A stretch of 63,283 nt of DNA, counting the filler, from Craspedostauros australis (Eukaryota): assembly GCA_030167865.1 (NCBI GenBank). It is 9 parts of 9 records of this genome, joined end to end, with 100 filler letters (N's around TTAATTAATTAA, not from the genome) between each part and the next. Parts side by side here need not be neighbours in the genome. Positions count along the whole stretch, not along the records: positions 10,752 to 23,187 come from JALAGF010004353.1; positions 23,288 to 26,443 come from JALAGF010004354.1; positions 26,544 to 36,493 come from JALAGF010004355.1; 6 more parts are not named here. The stretch is one strand, 5' to 3'. Each line of letters starts with the position of its first letter. The first letter of the stretch is position 1. Both the position numbers and the translations under genes were made by a program. A model generated the notes under the pieces. It saw only the letters and a program-made list of their open reading frames with translations. It had not been told where the DNA came from and searched no databases. This document shows, piece after piece, positions 20,601-32,261 of this stretch.

Positions 20601-23078
20601 CAGAGACTGCTCCCACGCTCAGCGATCCGATCCGCAGAAGACCCTCCATCCAAGAACCTCAGAGCTGATTTTCCATTCCCAATCATCGGTGAAGAAGACG
20701 AAGACGAAGAGAGTATCATCGATGATGATGGGGAGTACCCGGAAGAGAACGAGGAATACATGGAGAACGAACCAATCGTCCATACCCTCTCGGATGCAAT
20801 CCTGGCGGATTCAAGAGCTACCGATCCAGACGCCACGGACACACGCAGCATCTCCATCCCCAAGTTCACACCGGAAGAACTCATTGGAAGATCCTTCATC
20901 CATCGCAAGAATGGGCAAGACATCAAGGCCAAAGTCATACAAAAGGTGGCGGACAGCGATGCCGACAATCACGAACGGATCAAGATGCTTCTATCCATGA
21001 ATGATGGAGACGTCAACGAACTCATCGCATACACCGAGCTATCCGATATCATTGAGCAACAATCTGATGAAGAGAACCAAGGATCGAAGTGGACATTCCG
21101 TGACATCATTGGTCACGAAGGCCCCATCTCACCAACATCCATCAAGTACAAGGGATCCAAGTACAATGTTGAGGTCCAATGGGATGACGGAACCACATCC
21201 ATGGAGCCACTCTTCGCCATGATCCAGGACGATCCCATGACCTGCGCATCGTATGCCCGTAAGCATGGCTTGCTGCAGACGACAGGATGGAAGAGACTTC
21301 GTTCAATCGCGGACAGGCAATCCAAGCTGGAGAGGCAGACCAAGATCGCCAAGACCAAGTCGCACAACAACATCCCTACCTACAACTTCGGTGTCCAAGT
21401 GCCCAAGAACCATGAGGAAGCCATGAGGCTCGATACCAAGAATGGGAATACCTTGTGGGCCGATGCAGAACGAAAGGAGATGGAGCAGCTCTTCAAATAT
21501 GGAACATTCGAGTCCATGGGATACCAAGGAGCCATTCCGGATGAACACCAAACAATCAAGCTTCAATGGGTGTACGCTGTCAAGCATGACTTGCGTCACC
21601 GGGCACGATGCGTTGCAGGAGGCCACCTCACCGAACCATGCAAGGACATGTCCTATGCAGGAGTGGTCAGCCTACAATCGCTCCGTCTCGCCATCCTTGC
21701 TGGGGAGCTCAACGATCTCAGCATCATGGTTGGAGACATTGGAAATGCCTACCTCGAGGCATTCACACAAGAGAAGATCTGTTTCATCGCAGGTGAAGAA
21801 TTCGGTGCCTACGCAGGCCACACCATGCGCATTGTCAAGGCTCTCTATGGTCTACGCACGTCAGGTGCTAGATTCCACGAAGCCTTGGCTGACATCTTGC
21901 GCGATATGGCCTTCACACAGAGCAGATCCGACCCCGATGTATGGATGAGAGATGCCCAAACACATTGGGAGTATGTCTGCGTCTACGTGGACGACCTGAT
22001 GGCAGTGATGAAGCACCCCAAGATCTTTTTCGAGACGCTGACCTCCAAGTACGGATACAAGTTGAAAGGGGTTGGTCCTATCGAGTACCACCTTGGAGCA
22101 GACTTCGGAAGAGACCCTGACGGAACGATGAAAATCAGTCCCCAATCATACATCAAGAGAATGCTCACCAACTACGAACACATGTTCGGCGAGCAACCCA
22201 AGAAGACCAGCTGTCCGCTTGACAAGTCTGACAGCCCTGAGCTCGACAATTCTCCAGAGCTCTCAGAAGTGGACAAGAGAAAGTACATGTCCCTCATTGG
22301 AGCATTGCAATGGTGCATCTCCCTTGGACGATTTGATATCTCGGTCGCCGTGATGACCCTCGCACGGTTCAGAGCAGCCCCACGACAAGGTCACCTCGAC
22401 AGAATCAAGAGAATCTACGGATACCTTCGAAAGCATCCGGATGGAGCCATCAGATTCAGAACCAGCATACCAAGACATGAAGAACATTTCGAAGTACCGG
22501 AGTATGACTGGCTCTACTCCGTCTATGGCGATGCCAAGGAAGAGATTTCCCCTGACGCTCCAGAACCCAAGGGCAAGCCAGTTCGGACGACCTCCTTTGT
22601 TGATGCCAACCTGCTTCATTGCAAAGTCACCGGTAGATCCGCCTCAGGCATTCTCCATTTCGTCAACAAGACTCCGATCGAATGGTTCAGTAAGCGGCAA
22701 TCCACAGTCGAAACTGCTACCTATGGATCAGAATTCGTGGCTGCGAGACAAGCTACAGAACAGATCATCGCGCTCCGTCTCTCCCTTCGTGAGATGGGTA
22801 TCCCAATCGATGGACCGAGTTGGATGTTTGGCGACAATCAAAGTGTCATCACATCATCCAACATCCCCATGAGCATGCTGACGAAACGCCACAATGCGTT
22901 GTCGTATCATCGTGTTCGCTCCGCAATCGCAGCAGGAATCATCCACTTCGTCAAGATCCCAGGACCCCAGAATGTTGCAGACATCCTCACCAAGTTCCTC
23001 CCATGGGCAATCTTCTGGCCGCTCGTGAAGCCCATCCTCTTTTGGAGGGGCAACACAACTCCACGTCAAGACGGATGA
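17634..23078 (+). CDS. Copia Gag-Pol polyprotein, 1814 aa, intact (copy 2, identical to copy 1)
   Basis: Identical translation and identical shadow ORFs at offset 6537. Confidence 0.96.
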   Translation: MSAEDPDTVPTPLMTLDYVLEAIDIASTSMHRRVIDTSGAASITDLLVLTEDDLGALVYIGKDDDDEPISKSLGILQIRKILALERWYKAHRNPTYNTWYIITKKNFSEFLASEVKEPDPIPAPVMSAPVPDKTISADEDTKPADDFAKGTKRQISDYPTFKEDKYFSSFNRQLKALAATHGVLEVLDFAYKPTTPAETGKFTKQNTFMWTVFVTCLKTTKSRRCIEPFEEIMDAQAAYAMLLEEYTTGATAITASKDLREEILAFKLDREWRKSREQFLDVWEHKVNELDKIQTDRVPDDRKKEWLESAIEPDEGLYLALFQSGFLETSILTMSKGRAPIDPHIKFDNLLELIRSYAKRLDHASPRRKPRRKVNNSHKTYTSGNDKGWNRDKDYSKESRTHIPNDEWTKMSFAQRKAFLIGKGRWDENREKGRNHRSANKVGSKGPSKSLIPPPSTQSTSTEKEESTTEQPGAAINRMLANTKASTQKDEPILTFKGQAWRLAHPTTVQYSYNSILQEKTGSLVDSGANGGLAGDDVVVLYKTGTNADISGVGDSEIPDLEIGTVAGLVDTNQGPIIARFHQYALLGKGKSIHSTNQLAAFGIDVNERPRHLPGGRQTIVTPDGYVIPLSIRQGLSFMDICPPTRDQLNKYPHVDFTADVEWYPESLDQELSIDEAVKTKTKVPDDPSPEIEVFTSQSTNHDSKTPDHKGGIMIKSNFADYEELRPNFGWIPARRVRDTLKCTSQWYRSAERFSMRKHFKTRFPAANVDRLHETVAMDTLFSDTSAHDDGVPGHGGCTMMQIYVALDSRFTAGFPMASEKQVSNTLLDFIRLHGAPDLLMSDNARSETGSRVKELLRQYMIKDHQSEPEHQHQNGAERRIQDIKRTTNGVMDRTGTPARFWLICTEYVISLFNHISQKTVNNVTPIQAAYGHRPDVSKFLNYRWWEPIYYRVESPGFPSQSKERRGRWAGPCFHKGDDLTYWILDEETQRLLPRSAIRSAEDPPSKNLRADFPFPIIGEEDEDEESIIDDDGEYPEENEEYMENEPIVHTLSDAILADSRATDPDATDTRSISIPKFTPEELIGRSFIHRKNGQDIKAKVIQKVADSDADNHERIKMLLSMNDGDVNELIAYTELSDIIEQQSDEENQGSKWTFRDIIGHEGPISPTSIKYKGSKYNVEVQWDDGTTSMEPLFAMIQDDPMTCASYARKHGLLQTTGWKRLRSIADRQSKLERQTKIAKTKSHNNIPTYNFGVQVPKNHEEAMRLDTKNGNTLWADAERKEMEQLFKYGTFESMGYQGAIPDEHQTIKLQWVYAVKHDLRHRARCVAGGHLTEPCKDMSYAGVVSLQSLRLAILAGELNDLSIMVGDIGNAYLEAFTQEKICFIAGEEFGAYAGHTMRIVKALYGLRTSGARFHEALADILRDMAFTQSRSDPDVWMRDAQTHWEYVCVYVDDLMAVMKHPKIFFETLTSKYGYKLKGVGPIEYHLGADFGRDPDGTMKISPQSYIKRMLTNYEHMFGEQPKKTSCPLDKSDSPELDNSPELSEVDKRKYMSLIGALQWCISLGRFDISVAVMTLARFRAAPRQGHLDRIKRIYGYLRKHPDGAIRFRTSIPRHEEHFEVPEYDWLYSVYGDAKEEISPDAPEPKGKPVRTTSFVDANLLHCKVTGRSASGILHFVNKTPIEWFSKRQSTVETATYGSEFVAARQATEQIIALRLSLREMGIPIDGPSWMFGDNQSVITSSNIPMSMLTKRHNALSYHRVRSAIAAGIIHFVKIPGPQNVADILTKFLPWAIFWPLVKPILFWRGNTTPRQDG

Positions 23079-24496
23079 ACAACTGCGAGACAAGTTTGGG
23101 GAGTATCAGCACACTGCTATACACACCTAAACTAGAACGTGGATGTACCACCAATCCTTCCTTCCTCCTATGACGTCATTGTGTCCANNNNNNNNNNNNN
23201 NNNNNNNNNNNNNNNNNNNNNNNNNNNNNNNTTAATTAATTAANNNNNNNNNNNNNNNNNNNNNNNNNNNNNNNNNNNNNNNNNNNNTTTGACCAAACCT
23301 TCATATGAAAGATCCAACATTGGCAATTCTACCAATGTCATCATAGCGACAGCGCTTCAATGGGTATGGGGGTGGCTTGTGAGAATCTGGATCCTTCTGG
23401 AAGAAGTGCCAGTATCCAAATATATCAACCTCGTTATACTGAGCGCTACGCTTGACGCTGTACTGTATTTTGCACATCTATGCCTTTGGCGGGCCTGTCA
23501 GGAATCGGGTGTTCTGAAACACCGAATTGTTGCACCTCCCAATAATGTGGAGTCGAGCGTCGTGAAACGCTATAATACCGCACCTCTCACTTTGGATCTT
23601 TGTGACACCAAAATTGTGAGCTGCACGTGTTTTACGGTGAAGAATGCCACGTGCCGAATGCAAACCGGACCATGACGTTCGTGACCTCAATGCAGGAATG
23701 GGAGCCACACATGTATGTCACAGGGGGCGGCGATGTTGGATTCGTGACCAGCATCACGATACACGTGACTACGGCCCCATGTCGCAATGAACAAGAAAAG
23801 AGTATTCGAGACAGGCCGGCGTCACAAAGCGTGAGATGGCTTGTGAACGAGTCCCTGACAATGAACCAGTGAATGATCGGAGAAGGATTGGAAAGGATCG
23901 GAGTTTTCCCAAGATGAGAAGCCAGAGGAGGAAACATCCAAGCTGTTCTTGTGAAACATGAAGATCATGATCTGATCGAATGGTACAAGTCAGGTGATGC
24001 CTGTGATTCAGCGATGCCTATGCCAACAAAACTATCGGAGGCAAGACAATGCGACGAGTGCACGGACATGGGGAAATTGGTAGGGCATGCATGTCCATGG
24101 TGAACTCGAGATGAATGCAAGATGAATGCAAGATGAATGTATGCTAGACCAATGGATGGACCCATGGAGGTCTCAGCAGGAGATCAAACTTTGGAAGTTG
24201 AGAGCAATGAAGAGCTCACAGTTCAGAGAAGTAGATTCTAACAAACGATTAGCTTTCTACTATCACCACCACCCTAGATTTCCAACACCAGCCGTCTTGA
24301 GAGATGCAATTAACTGCATCCCTCCAATCATACTTCAAAGGCTATGGCCATGGAGTTTGAAGTCCTTGATCTGTTGGGAAGGAATCCAATTTTCCGGATG
24401 TTGATATCAAGTGGCACTTAGGGGCGTCGTGACATGAGGATCGCCTGAGCACATGTTGATACACCTTGCTGACAGGTGTATGGCTTTGAACTCCAC

Positions 24497-25090
24497 TGTC
24501 AGAATGTGCATATGTGTATGTGCATCGCTCACCCATTATTCTCTTTTTCTCTACACGCAAGCAGCGCAAATATTCGCGTCGTGAGTGAACTGTGATTGAA
24601 AGAAATCACATCACGAAATTGGACACACAAAAAAGTTCAGAATTTTGGAAGGAAATTTGTGAACAACCATTTCTGAGAGTATCAGGAATCCAGTCCATCC
24701 ATCAACCAACAGAAACATATGGCATTGAGCAAGGATCGATATGCTTCACAACTAAGCCTCATATGAAGATACCCTTGCCAGACCATTGCATCATCAGTGG
24801 AATGTGGAATCTGATACAGCATGGAAGACGACAGCTGATGTCAACAGGATGCCATTGTGTCACCATGTCAGCAGCTGTCTCCACATCAGACCAAGAAGGC
24901 AAAGATTCAATGACTGAGTGACATCGAGGTCGTGGATATACAAGGAGAGGTTCAGATGAGACAGTGGCAAGTACTTACGGAGTAGTAGGCCAGCAGAGGA
25001 TGAAACAACTGAATACATATTGAATACGGAGTATGTATCAAGTACGGAATATCGCATAGTACCAACACACAATGAAAGGAGAGAGGAAGA
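24497..25090 (+). repeat. Diverged LTR-like repeat, homologous to the reverse complement of about 58325-58900
   Basis: Colinear blocks, e.g. ACAGGATGCCATTGTGTCACCATGTCAGCAGCTGTCTCCA vs ACAGGATGTCATCATGTCACCATGTCAACATCTGTCTCCA; both start TGTC. Confidence 0.75.
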
Positions 25091-25579
25091 GGAAGAGAGG
25101 AAGAGAGAAAGGGCTGCAGTTCGAAAAGTGAATGGAGCGCAGACGCAATACGAGCTGTGGTCCTGTTGTTTTCGTATGCACCTTGGAGATTGGGCAACTT
25201 GCAAAGATGCAAAGGGAAGAGTGATGAGGATCGTTCCACATCCCACGATTCGGTTCGTTGGCTGGCATGAGAGGCATCACGCACTCTGATCAGACGGCAA
25301 TGAAAGAAGAGACCAGGGTTGGAGCTTGAGCAGGACCGAACCTTGCATTGCATTAGGCAGGATCTGACAGCGCAGGCAAAGAAACACCATCCACCAGATG
25401 TCAATCTACCCATCATGAAGACACACCAGCTACCATGCACAGTATCAACAATCAGATCAAGATCAGCATTGGAATACGCTATTGCTAGATAGTTCGACAT
25501 AGTCATAAGGATGAAGTGGAGATTGAATCCATCCTGCATCATTGTCATCTCGTCCGTTGGTAGTACCACCACCGCCTCA

Positions 25580-26443
25580 TCACTCATCTTCGCTGTTGGA
25601 GAATTTCAACATCACTGCGTTGTCATCCAACTTCTGCTGCTGATTGCGAAGTTGATCAAGGGCCAACATCACATTTGGCAGCATCATGCCTTCATCAGTC
25701 GGATACGAAACAAACGGCATTCTCGTGTCCTTCGCTTTGTTGTTCGTTTGTTTGTTTTGGGTGCCATCTTCGACTTCGTAGCCATCCAATTCTTCGTTGT
25801 TGACTTCGTCGACGTCCCCCGTCTTCAGCAGTTCCTTTGGTATTTTGTCCAACCTACTGGCCACACAGTACAGTCCCTTTTTCCCGAACGGAATCTCGAG
25901 CAGCTCATTGCACACTCTCTTCTTGTTTTGACGAACATCGCCGATGCTGATTCTGGTTGTTCCAAAGAGATCCTTGGATTGGATGAAGATGGTGTAGAGC
26001 GCATAGTCAACCAGCTCGCCCTTTTCGTTGCGCTTCGCACCAACGAAGGAGACGCTTCCATCTGCCAAGTTGCACCTGCCTTCTACCACGCACGTAAGAG
26101 CTGGGCTGAAACGTCGTGCTGCAGTGTTCTTACCTTTCATTTGCATCAGTCCTTTCAACAGATCCCGGTCCATGACAAGAGTCGTTTCCGTGTTGCCTGA
26201 CACCACCTCTGCAGCGTTGAAATCTCGCCTGTTTTCCAAGTCCGTCATGTCCAAATCTCCGTCTCGGTCGACTTCCATCGTCGGTATGTTCTGCCAAACC
26301 GTCTTGGTTCGCTTTGGCGCTGACGTTGTCTTTTTCTCCTTCTGTTTCTTCTTCTCTTCCCTCAGCTTCATTTCAGATTTGTGGTAGTACATGCCGTTGA
26401 ACGCAAGATCGTAGTCTACCGACACGGGGATCACATCCTCAAG
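25580..26443 (-). CDS. Hypothetical protein, open to the contig end (partial)
   Basis: More than 284 open codons with protein-like charged composition; no family recognised. Confidence 0.4.
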   Translation of the reverse strand, partial: LEDVIPVSVDYDLAFNGMYYHKSEMKLREEKKKQKEKKTTSAPKRTKTVWQNIPTMEVDRDGDLDMTDLENRRDFNAAEVVSGNTETTLVMDRDLLKGLMQMKGKNTAARRFSPALTCVVEGRCNLADGSVSFVGAKRNEKGELVDYALYTIFIQSKDLFGTTRISIGDVRQNKKRVCNELLEIPFGKKGLYCVASRLDKIPKELLKTGDVDEVNNEELDGYEVEDGTQNKQTNNKAKDTRMPFVSYPTDEGMMLPNVMLALDQLRNQQQKLDDNAVMLKFSNSEDE

Positions 26444-26543
26444 NNNNNNNNNNNNNNNNNNNNNNNNNNNNNNNNNNNNNNNNNNNNTTAATTAATTAAN
26501 NNNNNNNNNNNNNNNNNNNNNNNNNNNNNNNNNNNNNNNNNNN

Positions 26544-27521
26544 GCAGTCGGTGCCGATGTAGGCGCCGATGTCGGAGCTGATGTCGGCATATCGGTCGGT
26601 GCCGATGTCGGAGATGATGTTGGTATCTCGGTTCGTCCGAGGATGGCCATGATGCGCGCCTTCTCCTGCAAGCAGTACTCCAGCTCCACACTGACCTCCG
26701 CGATCTGTCCGTTGATGTCGTCGGCGAAGGTGACACCGTCAACCGTTGGCGTCAACGTGACGGCCGTGCCGCTTCCGGCAGCTTGGCTCAGCAGCGCGGC
26801 GAGATCCGTGAGACACTGGGTGAGATCGCCCTGAAGCTGTGAGAGACGAGCCTCCAGGTCCACCATGGTCTCCGTCGGTGCGGATGTTGGCATCGATGTC
26901 GGCATCGATGTCGGAATCGCGGTCGGCGTTGCAGTGTCATCCGAATCCACGTTATCGCCCTTGTTGGCCTTCTCCGCCTTGAGGATGCGCTGGCGGAAGG
27001 CGAAGTTTTCGTCATCAACATCATCATCATGGTTGCGGATTCGCGTGCGGCGGACTGTGTTGGTGCAGTGTGCAGTGTGCATTGTATTTGCATTACGTGT
27101 GCAGATGTGTATATATGTGCATGTGCATTACATATACAGATGTATGTATGTGCATTGTAGAATATATTCATGGTGAGTATTGATAGTGGACAATGGATGA
27201 TCATACAATAGATCATCGACCATGCGTCATAGACCATGCGTCATAGACCATGCGTCATAGACCATGCGGCGGCAGCAGCAATACCAGCAGCAGCATAGAG
27301 GATTGAGTGTCGCATGGTGCATTGGGAAGTAGACCGCGTGCAATGGACCGGTCGATCGTGTCGATTATGTCGATCATGAGGACACAGGGATTGATAGTGG
27401 GCGCCGATGCGAGAGGCGACGGAATCAAGCGATGGAACCGGGCAACGGTTGAAGCGTGTGAATGAATGGTTCGTCGATTGAAGGATCGATTGAAGCGTTG
27501 ATGCATGCAGGCATGGATGCA
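26544..27521. repeat. 978-bp terminal direct repeat of contig 5 (= 35516-36493; period 8972)
   Basis: Direct sequence match; identical ORF-track entries at offset 8972. Confidence 0.92.
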
Positions 27522-27964
27522 TGCACGGATGAATTGAAAGATGAATTGACAGATGAATTGACGGAATGGATGAGAATGATACGTCATGCACACGTGTTAC
27601 GAAGAGCGGATGCGGCAGGAGATGGAATAGCACAGCAGCAATTGCAGACTATGCTGCGGCAGATGTAGATGTAGACGCAGCTCCAGCTGGTGGTGGCGAA
27701 GGCAACCAACGCCACAACCAACGCCACAACCAACGCCACAACTCCAGAGAGATGGCAGAAGCGGCAGGCTGCGCCGGAAGCATGGATCATTGTCGGCGTC
27801 ATCTTCAGCAGTAACGTATGGTGGTTTCGCGATGTCGAGATTACGGCCACCAGTGCTGTCATGGTGATGATGGGAAGCTTACCGAGCTTGGTGTTCTGCG
27901 CGAAGACACCGCTTTGATCCGAGAGGAGGAGCGCTGATGCGAGCGCGATGATGGAGAACTTCAT
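26544..27964 (-). CDS. 5' part of the secreted PT-repeat/FG-GAP protein gene: exon 1 27883-27964 (signal peptide), intron 27055-27882, exon 2 from 27054 to contig end
   Basis: MKFSIIALASALLLSDQSGVFA signal-like peptide; GTAAGC donor and CAG acceptor join in phase 1 (G|TC = Val) to VRRTRIRN. Confidence 0.75.
27218..27268. repeat. Intronic minisatellite (GACCATGCGTCATA) x about 3.6
   Basis: Read directly; also at 36190-36240. Confidence 0.9.
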
Positions 27965-30900
27965 GGTCGGGAAGGGTTCGGATGGGCGGAGATGAGGGTT
28001 GTGGTGTGCAGAGGTGTGCTGCTGGGCTCTCGCTGGTTGTCTCTCTTGTGGCTTGCCGAGTTCGTTGTGCTCACAATTTGGTCAGCAATCTGTCTATGAG
28101 CATGAAGGGATCGAGAAGCGATGCCAACAAGCGCCGTCAAGCGATGTTGCCTGTTGTTGTTACTGCTGCTGCTGTTGTTGCGCTGCGCGAGCGAGAGGAC
28201 AACCAAAGTTGCGTTTCTATTCCGCAATTCTTCACAGTGTTTGTGTGGAGCCGCCAGCCAGTCAAGGGTGGTCAGCAACTCCCCACAAGCACCTCGATCG
28301 GAGACGAACGCGTCACCCCGCCAAGAAAATTGGGGTGACCACACTTCTCATTGTAAAATTGTCGAGTGTTTGGCGTGGACATCCTCGCAGAATCGTTTCC
28401 ATGCTCCACTCCACAAGAAGGATGGCGTTTGGTGTCCTCTGTGGGACGTGTGTTGCTCCGAAGTCCACGACAATTGGACTGGTGAACGCGTTGTCTCTGC
28501 GCCGACACATGCAGCCTCGTGGCCGTAAAACGCAATTGATCGTCACTCAAGCAACTCATCGGATTGCGCATCCAAATGGACAAGGTCATCGCGGCAACAA
28601 TTTCGAACGATGGCATCGGTTGGCGCCAACAACCTCGACGTTGGCATAACGGTCGAATGGACTTCTCTGGTGTATTTGTTTCTCTGTGACATTTCCTTGT
28701 CGCCAACGTTTTTGAGCACACTTCTGGCACGAAGAACGTGATTGCGGTACTGTGGGTGCAGGAACTTCAACGAACGTCTTGTTGGATATTCGTGTTCCTT
28801 CTTTGTCACGGCATCGAAACCAGTGCAATTGAGCAACTGATACTTCCGACTTAGTAGTGCGGTACTCGGGGGACACAACAAATGTGACATGCGCTATCTG
28901 TTGTTAGTCACGATGAACAGCATCTGCTGTCTGCGGTGAGGTGCCCACGTCCCACAATGGAGTCATGAACGTTCTGTCACGAAAATCACAAAATATCATT
29001 GAGGGAAGGGATATATGTCATCAGTGTCGCAATGCACGAATAGCGAAGAACAACTTTCTCCACAACTACTTCTGCGTGCACCACGTCAACAAATCAGCAC
29101 TTCTCTCAGAACGACAATGCCTAGTTGCAGGTTAATTCATTTGCATTCATTCACATACAAACCAATGCCTATTGTTGGAGTAGAATAGGGGGCTTCTGTC
29201 GCGTGGCAGGGTCCATCACCACCTCCTTCGTGGAAATTCTGGCGAGGAATGTAAATCTTGGATTGACAGGGAGAAACCGATAACGCGAAAGGAGGGCGCA
29301 TTTGCTGAGTTGCCATTGGTACCGACTGGTTGTCACATCATTTTACTGTTGCCGTTGAGGACATGCGGCCGTTAGGCGGGTTTGGTTGGGCACCATTATC
29401 GTCAAGGTCTGGGATCTGGTCGTACTTTATCAGCGTGCGGCACTATGGTTGAGTGTTCTGTGAGGCACAGTACGGGTCACACCATGATGATGCAAACACA
29501 AAAAGAGAAGATGCGGGAATCTGCGGATTGCTCAAGCGCACGAACAACGCACAGCGGACGTGTGGCGTGCCGCAGTGGAGCGAGCATGCGCGTCTGGTAC
29601 AAGTATAGAGAGGCAGCGACGGTGCAGCTGGTGCTTCAGATCTGCCAGAGAGGTGAAAGAGCTGTGGAAAAGCACAATACGACCTGCAATACCCGCCAGT
29701 ATGTATGAATAGGAGATAATTCAGCCCTGCTGCGCTTCTTCTGTGCAACGGACAGAGAGGCAACCTGCGATCAAGGTCGGTCCTGTTTCGAAGAGGGAAT
29801 CTGGAATATTCCATGCAGACTTCATGACCACCAGTCACATATCAATTTTGTCGAGCTCCTTCCCATTGGTTTCTACATTCTGCTCTTCACGATTCAGTTC
29901 TGGTAAGGGAGGGAGCAGGCAGCATCTTCCGTCACCTCGCCAATTTTGTCTTTGCGCCCTCTGCCAAACAAGCGAATGTTGATGTCGGGGTTGGCATCCC
30001 ACGCTCCCGTTTCCTACTTTCCCACCTGCGATGCTGACTCCGCTTCTGATGACTCTGCGCCAGCAATAGCAGAAGCAGCATGCTTCACCACCATGATGCT
30101 TTCATGGTTGTGATGAGATCCATAGCGGTTGAGTACGATGGAAGAGCGTACTACCCCTCTGGAACAGAGCATCGTTGATGTTACCGATCGCAATGCCGCC
30201 CACTTTCGTCAAGGTGAGAGGCTGGAGTTATGTTAAAGATCGTGTGCATCCAAGCACAGGTTCCACGCCCACGCCCACTATTGTCGTCTCTCGCCATTGA
30301 GCTGAACGACTTGTGTCGTTTTGAAGATGATGAAGTATTATGGCCATCATGCCACGAGTACCCTTTGCTACGCTTTCCAACCATATCATATAGGGACGGT
30401 CTCTCTATCTCTCTGTAGATCTCTGCTACATATATCCAGCGAGACGAACCCAAGAATCATCGATCCGTCGAAACTCGGCGCCTCTGCGGTCGTACCATGA
30501 AGACAGACCACTGATTGTGCAGGCATGGAATGCATGTGTTTCATCGAGAGATAAGGCCATCATTACACCACTGCTCCCTGGGACTTGGGGCAAGCTGCAG
30601 TGCGTTTTGGGAAGCACCTTCGTTGATTCTGAACAACGGCTGGATGCTGTCGGATGACGGATGACGAGTGGCGGATCGTTCTTGGCAACAGAATGCTTGG
30701 AGCAATGGCTGCCCAGCCTCGGGATAGACACCTTGTGGTTCATTCGGCAACCACCTACCACTCGAGTATGCCTCCATTATGGTGCGTGAACTTGCGATAA
30801 TCCGCAATAGAGTACTCCGGTCAAGAGGCATTGACAGCATGGGGTCGGAATCGATTCCTCACTGTGGCGCGACGATGTTATAATGCTCGCAGCAGAGAGA

Positions 30901-32207
30901 TGATGGGTGAAGCCTGCGACACACGCTGGTGAATGTGCAAAGCACATGAGAGATTGCATCTTGGCAGCCTACGTATACAGCATACGCAACCAACGTCGAG
31001 TACGTGCATGACAATCGTCAGTTGTCTTTGTGGTGGACGCATCAAACCCACACCATCATGGATGCTTTTCGTTTTGCTCTTACCGTGCAATACGAGCGGA
31101 GTATGCACCATGACCAATCTCGCACATCTTGCTGGAGCTGCCTCTTTACTATGCACAATGTTCAACACAGCATTCAATGCCCATCATGTATTAGAGTCAA
31201 ACATACTCTATGCGGCCACCTTCTCGCAAGTATTATAGCGTCAGACTTAGCAGCACACACGACCGCTTGTCGGTTCAACCATAACAGTCTTGTGTGGGAG
31301 TGATGGTGAAACCAACATTGCAACGAGCGTCGGTTCTCTCTCCAACAAACGAGCAAACGGACTTTTCGCAGAAAGTCGAGCAGAGCCACAGTAGATCAAA
31401 ATTCACTGGCTCCCTTCGCAACGGTTTGTCCTTCTCCAAGTTGCTGCCAATCTCGCATAGAATCCTCCGTTACGATGCTATACTCTGCTCATCCCAAGTT
31501 GGGACCATCTTGAATCGTTGGCTGCAAATCTGTTTTGTATTGCTGTGTTGCCAAGGAGCGACCCTTCGCTCTGGGGCCGGTTCTCCTTTGGAGCCAGGAA
31601 AACCAACGAAAAAACGCGTGACACAACCACAAAGACAACACAAGCAAATTCGTGTTGATACCAATACAAGATCGCGGAACTCAATATTGGTCCACGCAGT
31701 CCCTGCGTAGCGACTGGTGTGGATGATCAACACCAGTTGCTGAGGAGCTACTGAGGAGACATGCAATGATCGCCGAATGGTCACCAGTACCATATGAGCT
31801 ACGGTGCTCGTGCATTATACTTGATCGTTGCTCTCGAGAGAGTTTCTGTTGCTGGTTTCGAGGTGATGGCCGGCAGATACGCTGGGGGTAATCCACTGTG
31901 CTATCTTCCCCCTGCTTCGGAGCAACAGCAGCCGATCTGTCAATAAGGAGATGTACTTGGAATAACCTTTAGAGAATTCTGTGTGGTCTTGTGGGCAGCT
32001 TGCGTACCTCGGAGAGTTGCCTCACACGTTGCTCCACAATCTGTTCGTCCATTGGAGCATGTTGGTTTGGAAAGATCCAATGAAACCTGTGGCAAGGGGC
32101 GTCTTGGTTCGTTCTTCGTTTTCTCTGCAGAGTGGTGCCCCACAGTCGCGGGCAGGCTCGGCAAATGGCTGTTTCTCCAGTGTTGGCGTATGTCAGTTGA
32201 GGTGTTA

Positions 32208-32261
32208 TGTCTGTCTGTCTTTCTGTCTGTCTGTCTGTCTTTCTGTGTGTCTGTCTGTCTG
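32208..32261. repeat. Imperfect (TGTC)n microsatellite
   Basis: Read directly. Confidence 0.9.

Larger units (their letters stand above)
10752..23187 (+). mobile_element. Ty1/copia LTR retrotransposon (diatom CoDi-like): two identical internal regions head-to-tail with a 6537-bp period and one shared LTR
   Basis: 10752-16650 repeats as 17289-23187; domain order Gag-PR-IN-RT-RH is the copia order. Confidence 0.95.

Noticed and set aside
23288..23710. Minus-strand frame broken by TAG and TGA, possible pseudogene
   Set aside because: Too short and no recognisable homology.
30181..30960. Overlapping minus-strand short ORFs that might be a decayed gene
   Set aside because: No recognisable family motif.
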